Source: Strigamia acuminata (taxonomy: Eukaryota). From it: a stretch of 64,000 bases of DNA. Positions 1 to 11,955 of this stretch are shown piece by piece. The notes beneath the pieces were generated by a model. That model searched no databases. It worked only from the letters and a program-made list of their open reading frames with translations, and was not told where the DNA came from. Positions within the stretch are counted from its first letter, which is position 1. Each line of letters begins with the position of its first letter. The stretch lies in contig OX442314.1 of NCBI GenBank assembly GCA_949358305.1, positions 13,144,001 through 13,208,000 of the forward strand. The letters run 5' to 3'. A program made the translations under genes and the position numbers.

Positions 1-3000
1 TATAGACAGATTATAATCTGTTATAGGCGTTATCCTTTTCCCCACCCCATCTTTAAGGTGACTTCAAGTTGAAAATCTCAATTCACCAACACCATTTAGG
101 TAAAAATTCAATTTACACAGAAATACTGAAGTGACCTCCTGAGGTCAGTCGTGAAATTCGCAGCAATTTATGGAAATGCATCCCCAGGTATGCAATATAC
201 GCAAACACATTGCGAGCTGAAGAAGCAATATTATGTATACATTTCATGCGGAAGCTTTAGCATTCCAAATTGGAAGTACACAAGACACCTCATTTGTGCA
301 GTTGACAGGTTTGGAATCTTCGCAAAATAAATGCAGAAACATTTCTCTTTCTTTCTTTCTTTCCAATTTCCAATTTTATTTTATTTTATATTTTATTTCC
401 TTCGCGATTGACGTGTGTGTATGTTGCGGGCTAACCAAAATGAGAACCACTAGTATTTGTCTGACTCATTCGTCTTGCTAACGAGCTGTGTGTTGCAATC
501 GATACGTGCCTATACAAAAAAAAAACTTTACGAGGAGAGCGAAAGCATTGAAAATGAAGGAAAAATCGACACGTGTTGATGGCACCAATTAAAGGCGCCT
601 TCATACCACGTTCTTACCTCGATTTTTTTTATTTTTTAATTTATTTTTTTTATTTTTTACATCGTTCGATCGCATCGACTGGTTTAGCTAAACAGCTGTC
701 TCGCATTAATAAGACGCTTTTTGCGCTCAATATGTAAATGAAAAGGATTCTTGCATAATGTTTTATGAAAAGATATTAAAAATGGCTAATCAAATTTTGC
801 TTGCAAGTTTGCTAATCTTAAAGTTTAATGTTCAGCGTTAATTAGTAATTTTTTTCTTTCTCTTTTTCTTTTTTTGGAAATAAAAAGAAAAAAGTTTTTT
901 TTTTTTTTTAAGTTTTCTTTTTTGCAGCGGAATAAATAGTGGAATGAAAACTAAATTATTTACGGTTGAGGAATTAAAAGTAAAGAGAAAATTCCACTCT
1001 TTTACTTTAAAATGTGATAAATATTTGTTTCTTTTGCATCGTAAGTCTTGAGGCATTAGGGAGTCGCTACAGACGCGCTCTAACCTTACCTGTACTTTGC
1101 TACTGCGTTCTTTCTCACACTCTCTTTTGTGGAGAACTTCAAAAGTTGTAATTTAATTATGTTGATTGCTTAACGCTGGCTGACTAATAAATGTATAATC
1201 AGGTTACGTAAGTCAATGGGGTTGTAAAGTCTTGCCCATTGGTTGCGCTATCAATTAAACACAAAGAAAAAAAAATAATTTAAAAATTTAAAAAAATGAT
1301 TGAATGGAATAAAATATTGGATGTGCAAAGTTGCCATTGACTGAATAGACACGTGGGTTTTCGTATTTATTTTTGTTAAAGTATTTTTTTTTGGCACAGA
1401 TTTGCATTTCCGTCCGTGCACTTCACTAACGAGGCGCACGGTCTTCATTCAACATGGAAGCAATTAGCTAGGAAAGGCTGACTTGTTTTCAATTAAAATT
1501 TAAGACATTTTTTTGGGAGGGTTTTTAAAAAATATTTCTTTTCTTTTGCCGTATGTCAAAATCAAATTTCCCAAAATCTAGAAACAAATAAAAATAAAAA
1601 TTTATTTCTCTGAAAAATTGAAGAAGAAGAAAAGACAAGACAATTCTGCACAGAACAAATAATAAATAAGATACAGAAATTGAATTAAAAGCAATTTTTT
1701 CCCCATTTATTTGAATTCCGGCGAGCAAATTCGAGCAATTGCTAGTTGTATAACGTACGATGTAGTTATTCGTTCCACTTACTTCTTCCTGCTCCGTCAG
1801 CGACTTAAGGGTATTTTCGTAACCGCAGGGAAACGGTGTGTCCCGATGGGAATTCGGTCTACATTTTTCTTCGTCGACCACATCCTTTGCTTTACCGTAG
1901 AGCAGTTGCAGCCAGACAGCCAGACGAGCGGCGGCAAACCAAGCAAAATCTCAAGTCGACCATCACTGCTCCCAAGTGCTGCTCCCTCGTGATCATCTCG
2001 TCTCCTTGCTGGATATCGTTCGCTTTCCTCGGTTGACATTTTTCCAATCGATTCGTTCACGTCATTCTTGACATCGTCTCAACTTCGCGTTTTCTTTCAT
2101 TACTTCAAAACGACAAACTCAGACCGAATGTAATATCACGAGAGAGAGAATTTAATTTTTGGAAATTTTAAAAAATTTATTTTATATTTCTTTGTTTTTG
2201 CCGAGGATGATAATAATATTTTTCCATTTTGTTGCTTCGAGTTTGAGTTGAGTTGTGGGGAGAGACTGCTCCGGTTGTATAGTTGTGGCGGTCAAATAAG
2301 GCCGTAAATCAAATTTTCTCTTTCTATAACATTTGAGCGAATATCAAGCTTGATCCTTTGGTGCGTGTTCCTGTTTCATTTTGACCATGATTGCACGTTG
2401 CACCGCCAGCAAGACTCAGACCGGGATATAAGTTTCCACCGGTCTTGTTTAGTCGAAGCTTATCATGGCCGGACGAGCGTGAAAGTCAGCTGGCAGAAGA
2501 AATGATCGGATGTTTCGCAAAATATTACCTGGATTTCATTTGATTATTAGTAATCCAGCTTGCCGTCATAAAAACAATACGAAATCATAGCGCACTTTCG
2601 TACAGACATTTTCCCTCGATTGTTATGTCAAAGATAATATTTAATAAAGTAAAATCAAACTAATTAGTTTATTTCAATGATTCTATTTGAAAAATGCAAA
2701 GAAATTGTTCCATAACAACGCACCATGGTTACCAGCAATTCTTCATAGGAAAATCTGGAATCGAACTGTCAACTGCGGCGCTATTGTTTGCAGAATGATA
2801 GAAAGTTGAATGCAGACCGATATTAAAGAGAATCAAGAATTCCAAGCGAATATTTCAGATATAAATTAAAATTATTTGTATTAACAATGACATTCCGCTG
2901 TATTTTAGGCCAAAACTAGACAGTTGCAACAATCTGAGCAAATTTTACCATTGAGTGTTGTACCCGAGGTCACACTTTTGTCACTCCAGAACTGCACATT

Positions 3001-6000
3001 CTCGGATATTTTATTATCATCACGAAGTAGTTGAAAAGAAAACTCTTGAGTTGCCGTTGCAGGCTGAATATTTAGAGGAAGGGTATCTTTTGTGAAGTGC
3101 AGTCACGCCTAGTGGAATTGCTCCGCCGTTTGTTAAATTCTCGAGACGATATTCTAGTAAACACCCTCTTTCCTTTACTTCCTCCCATGTTAATCATGAA
3201 ACAAAGTGTAATGGTAATCGTGCCCAGTCAAGAGTTTTGTGACGAGGCCCGAATTTCTGCACCGTTTTATTGAAATTAACCAAAGTTTTTCACTAAAACC
3301 ATCGCATACATGAAAATGGGAGGAAAATAATAAATATAAACTGAGTCAAATGCGGGATGAATATTTGATATGGAGCTTTGAAGTTGCATCTTTTTATGTT
3401 TACGTGGAAAGATTCAAGTTATGAGTGAATCGAGGGGAAGATATATCGATTCAGGGCCGTTTTAAGACTTTCGTAGGCCCTAGGAACTTTTATTTCTAGA
3501 GGATCTTGGACGAAATATTTTATTTATGCTAATTTTATCGTTTGCGCGCATATATTTCGCAGTTTTTATTTATTTTCAATTTCAATTTGCAGTTTTTTTC
3601 AATATTTTTTTTTGGGGTTTATTATGTATTAATTTTTTTAAGTGAAATATTGTATAGGTTGTAAATGGTTCGTAGGCGCTAGGCATTGGTTAAATTGAAT
3701 TGAAAAGTTTATTTTAGACATTTTCAAGTTTATATTTTGGTAATGTATTGGTTTAATCACGTGACAAACCACCATTTCCAGCGAAAATGGACGTGTGTCC
3801 TCTGGTAAGGGAGAAATATCGAGCGGAATGATTGTTCTTCATAAAATAAAAGGAAATGATCGAACGTGAATTGTAAGTTCCTTCTCGGAAAAATGCATTA
3901 TTAACATGTCCGTTTTTACTCTTTATTTTCCGGTTTTATTATCATTTTTTTTTTTAAATAATTTTTTACTAATAATAACAACGATTCAATTTCAGTTTAT
4001 TACTTTTAAATAAACAAATAAAATTTTAAAAAAAAATAAAAAATAAAAGTCATTTTTTAAAAATAAATATTTATGCAGTCATGGAAAAAGAATATTTGTG
4101 CTCTATAAAAAAAAATATTCGCGACATCGTTGCCCTCTTTCGGTGTTGGACTCAGCCCATCATACGACGCTGAGGTTAGAATATTGATCGACTGAACCAA
4201 CCTCCATTGCTCACTCACAGAGGGAGCACATTCGGTCGCCAAGGCAACAAGCTCGTATGGGTTGCGCTGCGCACGGCTCTCGGTATTCTTCACTGTTGAA
4301 GCAGGTGCAGAGAAAGTCTTGCGCGGTACTCGCTTCTCGCCCAAGTGCCGTGCCGCTTGCGATGGAGGCTGTGATTTGCTAAATGTATCTTTCCGTTTTT
4401 GTTCACCGACCACTAAATTAGCAGAACGAATTCGTCGCTTGACTGTGTAATCCGCTGGTGCTGCAGCGAAGCGCAATCTTCTACTCTGCTGCGGATTCCT
4501 AACGAGGCTAACTTAACCCTAACTACCATTGGCAAGCATGTTTCAACATATTGTGCTCTAGTTCCTCTCAAACTGTTGGGTAAGTTGGAATTTTTAAACC
4601 CTTTTTTCCATTCTCTCGTCATCAAATGTGTGTGATGAAATTAGTTGGTTATGGCGCAATCGATCACGCTTCAGAAAAAATTACAAAATTATAAAATATA
4701 AATTTTTTTTTTTTTTTTTAGATATAAATTAATTTTTTTTATATTTTTTTTTATAGTTTTATTTTTGATTTTTATTTGAGATAGCGACGTGTAGTGAGAT
4801 GACATGCTTTGGAAGTGCGATTGTGCGAAGTTGGTTGATTTGGTTAATATTTGGTATTAATATGTGAATTGCATCGATCTGATGTTTACTATTTGAGTAA
4901 CGTGTTTGGGATGAGATAAGAAAGAGAAATGTATGCCAATTGTATCGATTGTGTCCATTTGTGATATTTTATTTGAAAACATGGTTCGTGTTAATGCATT
5001 GGAAAGGATAAATGGTGAAAATAACTGTCATGGGAAAACCAAGAGCGAGCGATAGGAAAGCACCGCCTGAATGCGAAGCTCGGCTTTCCAGCAGTACCAA
5101 CTCTTTTGCACGGAAAGAAAGCGGCGTGGAAAATGAATTGTTTTTTTTTTTTTGTTTTTTTTTTTTAAGGAGTTTTTCGCATCAATTCTAGATTTGTCTC
5201 GAAATATACAAAAGGAAATTTTTCGACCGAAAAGTACACAAAACGTTAAAAATGAGGTCTCGCTTGATCTCAATTTGCATCCATTTGTTGTGATGAAGAT
5301 CCGTTAGGTGGTAGGCGACCTCTATTTTCAAAACTAACTTTTTTTTTAAATTAAAAAAAAATCGTTAAAAAGTTTCTGAAAGAATTCTGAAATTATTTAA
5401 TATAAAAAAAAAAATTAGAAATTATGCCACGTACACAGTTTAAAGGTCGCAGGATGTAACATCCGGAAATAACTAGAGAAAATAAAAAACTCCATCTTTT
5501 TTCTGTCATTCTTTTTTTATCTGCTTTAAGGAGAATGGCAAAAGTTTCAATTTTTTGTGTCATCAATGGCTTAACATCGTGTATGGATCAACAATGTGTG
5601 TTCAACAGTGATATTCAACGGAGAAAAAATAAAAAAAAGTGGAGAAATGAGCTTTGAGTTTGAGAATGACCATATCGTCTTGAAAAACCAATAAAAGGCG
5701 GTTTCTTGGTTTTGAATGCAAGTTTAATCACGCTCAAAAATATTAAATATTTATTATTACATTTCAAAGCAGTCGTCCAAATCCTTGTATTTCAAGACAA
5801 ACAGACAAACATCAGCTTACAAGAGTAATAAGTAATTAATGACATATAATTTAAAGTTCTCTTCAAAGAAATGACATTTTTATACGTGAAAATTGATTTT
5901 CTTTTTTAAACGGATTGTTAGGATGTGAAATTAGTTTGTAATTGTAATGTAATTTATGGTTAATTCGTTAAGCAGAAAACTCGATCAGCTCTCAAGTTTT

Positions 6001-6699
6001 TAGCGAAGGATGTTTCTATTAAGCGAGTTTGCTTACATTGGACTCGAGTTGAATATTGCATAGGGAATGGGATGGGATGGGATGTAGTTTGCTATAGAGA
6101 AAGGATAGCGCTCTGTTTAGGTGAAAGATACTCCTGGTTTTGTATAAATAATGAAGCTGACGTTGCGAACTTATTGATGCAAAGTGAAGGGAGGCAATTT
6201 TCTCGTTCAACCATTCATAACACAATCGACAAGCAGAAGGCGAACCTGATGGGTGGGAAAAGGGATGCTCGAAGAAAACCATTAGGTAAAGTGAAAGTGG
6301 GTATCTAGTAATTGTTCAGCTCGATTTAATCGACAATACACGTGAGTAATGACTGTTTGGAGAGGTATAATTGTGACAAATTTCCTTTCAATTTTTATCA
6401 TCATTGCAGTTGATGAGGAGTGTGCGGCTTTCAAATTTATGAGTTCATTATTACAAAATAAGTTTTGTTTTTGTAAGAAATATTGGCAGTTATCCTGATA
6501 ACTTTTTTTAAAAGATAATTTCAAATTGTTTTTTGTTTGTCTAGATAGTTGTTGTCAAGTTAACAGGACCATGAAGGCCCAAAAGGCTGGCTTCCTCGAG
6601 GAGCCAAGCCTAGCTTTTGTGGCTAGCACCGAATTGAAGGTGGTGGCAGATGTTTTTGGTATAGAAACAGGACCTTAAATCAGACAAGGATGAGAGACA

Positions 6700-6797
6700 A
6701 CTGAGATTCCCAGTAGGTCATCTCATTTAAGTATTGACGAGCTAGGTCCTGTGCGGCTTAACTTCCGTGTTCTAATGGGAACAGGTGATTAGCATGG
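6700..6797 (-). pseudogene. 5S rRNA-derived fragment (5S pseudogene or 5S-derived SINE segment)
   Basis: Minus strand reads tcacctgttcccattagaacacggaagttaagcc...gtcaatacttaaatgagatgacctactgggaatctc. This resembles 5S box A (GGAAGYTAAGC) and the box C region (AGTACTTGGATGGGAGACCGCCTGGGAATAC) at about the right spacing, but is diverged. Confidence 0.6.
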
Positions 6798-6853
6798 GGA
6801 GCCATTTACTGCAAAAAAATAATTTATAACTTCAAAAATAGCGGTTTAGACTC

Positions 6854-6893
6854 AACCATAGGCCTTTTGATCCAACGATCATCTTCAGTGGTC
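6854..6893 (-). ncRNA. Degenerate minimal type-I hammerhead ribozyme motif (Penelope-like element type)
   Basis: Minus strand: GACCA-CTGAAGA-T-GATC-GTTG-GATC-AAAA-GGCC-TA-TGGTT. This gives stem I, the CUGANGA box, stem II, a palindromic stem III and a UH site. The G of the GAAA box is missing. Confidence 0.55.
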
Positions 6894-9519
6894 AAAATCG
6901 GTTTAGTCTGCTTTAAGTCACAATGGTCGTGTTTAACTGCTTTCTGTTTCTAGTGTTTCTAATTATGTTGCAGTTAAACAGCATTTTAACAAGTTTTATT
7001 GTTTAAAAGAAGTATTTTTTTACAATGGTTAAAGTAGATAAAGCGGAGTAAAAGACTTTTTGCTAGTAGTTACCGTAGGCACTTTTGAAATGTTCTTTAG
7101 TTTTGAACTTAATACAATAAATAGTATGTGAAACACGAGAAAAACCTTTAATCTGCATGATTTACGCATCTAACTGCAACAATTTGTTCTCCTTCAAGTT
7201 GCAGTATGCTCGTAAATTTAAACTGCGCAACATTTTCAGAGGGCCAATTTGAATTTGAACATGGTTTCAGCATGTTTAATTTAAAAAAATATATATTAAA
7301 CGACTTGTGTTGTTTTAACTGATGGCTCAAAACACTCATACAGAGTGGCTTAAATCAGATAACCAGTTTATAGGAATTTTTGAATGCGTCTAGTGTATTT
7401 AAATGGTTTAAACTTACGCACATTCAGAGCACAGCCTTGAAAGAGGACACATTCTTCCGCCATGTTTCATTTAATTCTAGCTATATAAAACCAATAGTTT
7501 GCTGATTTTTCTTACTCTTACGAACGTCTAATGAGCATGTTTAAGTTTATAATCTTTCGTGAGATTTAATTAAAAAGAAAAGCGAATTAAACGTGACAAA
7601 CCATAAGAAACACAAATTACCAAGAAGCAATTCGACCTTGTGGGTCACCATCAGTAGGTAATTATAACCAGTGTCTACGAGATGTAGATACGAGGTCGAA
7701 CATGTCGTTAAATTATTTTTCTAATGTTTTGTCATAGATGTGTTTAATTTGCTTTTGTTTTTAATTAAGTTTCTCACTCGTTGGAACATATATAACGCGC
7801 ATTAGAAATGCAAAATCTTTATTTTGGCCTCTCCCAGCTGAAATCTCGGCTACATTTGCATACGAGTTTATAAATAACGAACTAAGCTGACCATAATCCA
7901 GAAGTCTCTGGAAAAATTTCGAACTAATGAACTCATTTAAGCTAAAACACTCATCAACCACAAATGAATCGACTTTAATTGGTCGAATGTTACAGTTTGT
8001 CGACATTTTGAAATTTGTTTCAGTTAGGTCTAAATTATTTGCAATATAATGAACAAAAGCTTGCCGATTTCACTGCAGCGTAATTGAAAGTGCTTTACCA
8101 ATCTGATCTCTCTCGAGGCAAACGAAAGTGGTGGTCAGACAATAAGTATTGTCTTAGGTATATTCAGTGACTTGCTTTGCGGGTGACAAGAAGCAAATTT
8201 AGTTTTAAGGATTAAGGATCGTGATAAATTAAAGTCAATTAATGCGAGTTAATTAATTTTTTTTTAAAAATTGGAGGAATGAGGAGATGATAAAGAGGAA
8301 TGCAGTACAAAATACCGCGCATTTTTAAGAAAGAATTATGGCATATCACATAGGGTTGTGCAATTGTGCATTGATATTAGTTACATTACAGCACAGCGTA
8401 TGGAGGAAAATGATACATTAGAATTCAAAGCATAGCTGCTGTAATTGTATAGTTTTATTGATGGAATGAATGTAAACAATTGTAATTGGTTTCAATTCGT
8501 TTGAAGTTCTAGCTGCTACATATGGCCATTTTTGTTTTATTCAAGTCCACTATCCCATTATGTGATGGAGTGGTGGCAGCATCAACAACTGGGAATGGAA
8601 TAACTACATTTTTACTCACTAATGCTGAGAGATCTATTTCATCTATCTCTTTTTCTTTTCCTGCTGTTTTTCCCTTGTGGCGGATGCTGGGCCGGACTCT
8701 GTGATCTGAATATAGATACCGATCTGATCAGCCATTCTCATTGTCCCAGCTGACCTTTATGGTCCCTACATCATCACATAGCAATGAAATGTATCACATT
8801 ATATGATTTTTCGTATTCTCTTTATACTTGCGCTGCAGATTGATATCTGAAGTTGTGAATAAAGCGTGTGTTGTTGACCTGTTGGTGTATTGCTCAGATA
8901 CTGTTTAATTCTTACCTTGTATTTACTTCATCGGAGTGTTTTTTCAATAAATAAATAAATAAATACAAACGTCACAAGGTTTTGATTGGATCGGTGTTCC
9001 GGTTTGTAAAATTATGGGAAATCTTGTTCCGGTTTGTGTATTTTTTTTTGTGATTTTGTTATTGTATTAATTTTTTTTTTTTAAATTTTGAAGTGGCTTT
9101 CCGGTTCGTGAAATTTTCCATTTCGAGCCCTGGAAATGTGTAGGTAAATCATAGTTTACAAAACACATTAATTAATCTTCATCGCGTGAACATAATGATT
9201 GGATCCGCTGACTTAAATTTTCATTTGTAGTTTATCGCTAGCCTAATTCAAAATGTATGGCATTGCAAGATTAAATAATTTATGGCGTTTAGTTCATGAA
9301 TAAATAACACTTTAAATGAAAGAAATAGAACAATGAACTAATAAATGAATGAATTAAATCAAAGCAAATCCGAGGATTGTCAATCGAACACATCATCACA
9401 GGACAGGTGTTATTTGTAATGACACTTTCATACAGGACTCCAAACAAACCACAGACAGAAAACCTTGTACTGCTCGAACAAGTAACATGCCTTGCATGTG
9501 GGCTTTCTAAATCGGAAAT

Positions 9520-9658
9520 AATGACTTTTCTCGGAAAAATGTAGCCTGGATTTTCGTATTAATGACGTTTTTCTACCACAAATGTAACCTGGATTTTCGT
9601 AATTATGACGTCTTTTCTACGACAAATGTAGCCTGGATTTTCGTGACAATGACGTCAT
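9520..9658. repeat. Minisatellite, about 3 copies of a 42-43 bp unit
   Basis: Repeated aaatgtagcctggattttcgt..aatgacgt.tttcta. Confidence 0.85.
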
Positions 9659-11016
9659 TCCTTTGTTTGAAAAGAGGTAAAGCATGGAAGGCAGCTTTGA
9701 ACTCGCCTGTTGCCATTTTACTCCTTTGTTTGTGAAAAGAATGATACTGTGGTAAATAATCAACGAAAGGACGAAACGTAAAAATCAATTTGTCGATTTG
9801 GTGTTGTATTTCTTTGATTGAAAAATGTTTTCGTTTAAATTTTAGGTTGGAGATGCATGTTGATACGGCGCTTGTGAATCAATACGAGGTTTAGTTTATT
9901 TATTTATTTTTTTAATCAACAAAATTTTTCCGTTTTCTCGTCTACGGCGAGCAGTTTGACTTGTGCAGCAATTTTAACATCTGCTGCTTATTTTATAGCT
10001 CTATAAAAATCATCTAAAGGAGCAGAACATGAGGTCCCGTGTGTACCAGTTCAATTTATATCAGATCACGAGTTGAGGCCTAGGTGGAATGTCACTAGAT
10101 GAGATTGAGCTTCAAACTCAAAGCCAATGAGAAAGTAATCTCAATTTTCTTAGTTTTTCACTTTAATGAAAACTTCGACTTGAGTATTTTTATGTTTCTT
10201 TCTCAGTAATGGTACATTTGACTACTTTTGCAGAGTTTACTTTGCTCTTGATGCTCATAATTTATTGAAGTTTCTTCTCATTTAATAACGGTTTTCTTCT
10301 TTTGCTGACATTGTGTAGTGAGCTGCAAGAAGGTTTACAATGGTGCTTGCATGCTTTAGCATTAGCATTTGGTTGGGCGCACAACCCATTACTCTCTGCT
10401 TGCATTCGCATGGTGGCGCTGCGTTAGTCTTTTATGATCTATCCTACATCGCACTTTCATCATTTATGCGAAAATAAGATGATGGGATGCGTCCTGAAAT
10501 GCCGGGCACCGCGTGATTGCGTGCTGTCCTTTGGCGGAACCCAATGATGGAGGTTTGGTCCGTTTGTTATTGTTAATAAGAATTTATTTATTCAGTTGGT
10601 TTTTGTATTGATAGAAAAGGTGGTGAATGGCTTGTCTCACAATTACACTGGGTGTTTTCTGGGTTTTTTTTTTATATCCTTAAAGCCAGGTTCGAATTGT
10701 TAGCTGGGATGGGAGAAAAACCTTAGGTTTTTGGAAAGTTCAATTGATAGAAAAGAAGCAAGTAAATAAGGCTAAAGCTGTCTTAGACTGTAGGTGGGAA
10801 CCTTTGGCAAGTAAACCTCAAAGAATGGCCACTATTGGTTTTACTGTTTCTTTTTCTTCTTTACTTTGTTTGTTTTATTTTTATTTTATAGTAAGCCGGA
10901 CAAATAAGCATGATTTATAGAATTTTTGTCTTGGTTTTTATAAAGATTATTAAATTCGACAGATTTTTATTTTAAAAATATTAATATTAATATTATTTGC
11001 CCAGAGGATCCACTTA

Positions 11017-11338
11017 CCGTACTGCCTCGATTTAACGCCGGTCGTATCTAAACGCCGGCTCCTGATTAAGCGCCGGGCAAACTGAGGACGAAATGGCAAT
11101 AAACGCCGGCCTTAAATGAACGCCGGGTTTGTTTAAACGCCGGGTTGAAACGTTTTTTAAACGTTTTGAGAGGTCTTTTGGTCGAAACATCGAAGAATAG
11201 CTAGCAATGAGTGGCTTTCCAATTTTTTTTTTTCGGGTAGACGCCCGGCGCGAATAATCGCCGGGCTTTGAATGAACGCCGGGGGGGTCAACTAGAAAAA
11301 ATGAATAAACGCCCCGGCGTTAAATCGAGGCAGTACGG
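11017..11338. mobile_element. Tc1/mariner (pogo-like) MITE
   Basis: Perfect 25-bp TIR ccgtactgcctcgatttaacgccgg, TA on both flanks, and many internal aacgccgg motifs. Confidence 0.9.
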
Positions 11339-11850
11339 TATTCTCATTGGCTGTCTGCTTTGCCAGTGTTTTGATACAAAGGCGATGATCAGGTGATCAT
11401 CTCAGCCAATCACAACACACAAAAGGAAATGTGTTTGCCTTAGCAACAAACATGGCTGCTCAAAGTGAATTAATTGCTAGTTGAAGCGCTCTAATGTGAC
11501 AAGTGCCTTCTTTCAATAAAATGAGCAAGTTGTCGGGATTCTTACTAGAGTGCTTTAGTGGAATCTGCTCCCTGTGTCCGTATAATGAACAAGTAATTTG
11601 AACTTTTTTTGTTTGTCCGAGGAAGCCAACAGTAATTTGCCAAAATGACCAATGAGAGTAATGTCATTTAATTAAATTGCTTGTTTGATTAAACTTAATT
11701 TTTGGATGTAAATTTCGTACATTTTCTTATCAGTTAATTCAAAAATGGTCGTCGATTTAGTCTGTTTTCAGTTACAGTGCACAAAATCTGTTTCTCAAAT
11801 AATTGTCTACAATACATGCACTCAGACTGGTTTGAATTAGATGTACAGAC

Positions 11851-11955
11851 TAGACTTTGACCGATATCGATATTTTGCAGTATCGTCGATACCGATAATT
11901 GGCAACCGAATATCGGCCGATAGCCGATACCGATACCGGTATCGGTCAAAGTCTA
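11851..11955. mobile_element. hAT-type MITE, 105 bp
   Basis: Perfect 16-bp TIR tagactttgaccgata, exact 8-bp TSD gtacagac (11843-11850 and 11956-11963), and internal ccgata/tatcgg repeats. Confidence 0.92.
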
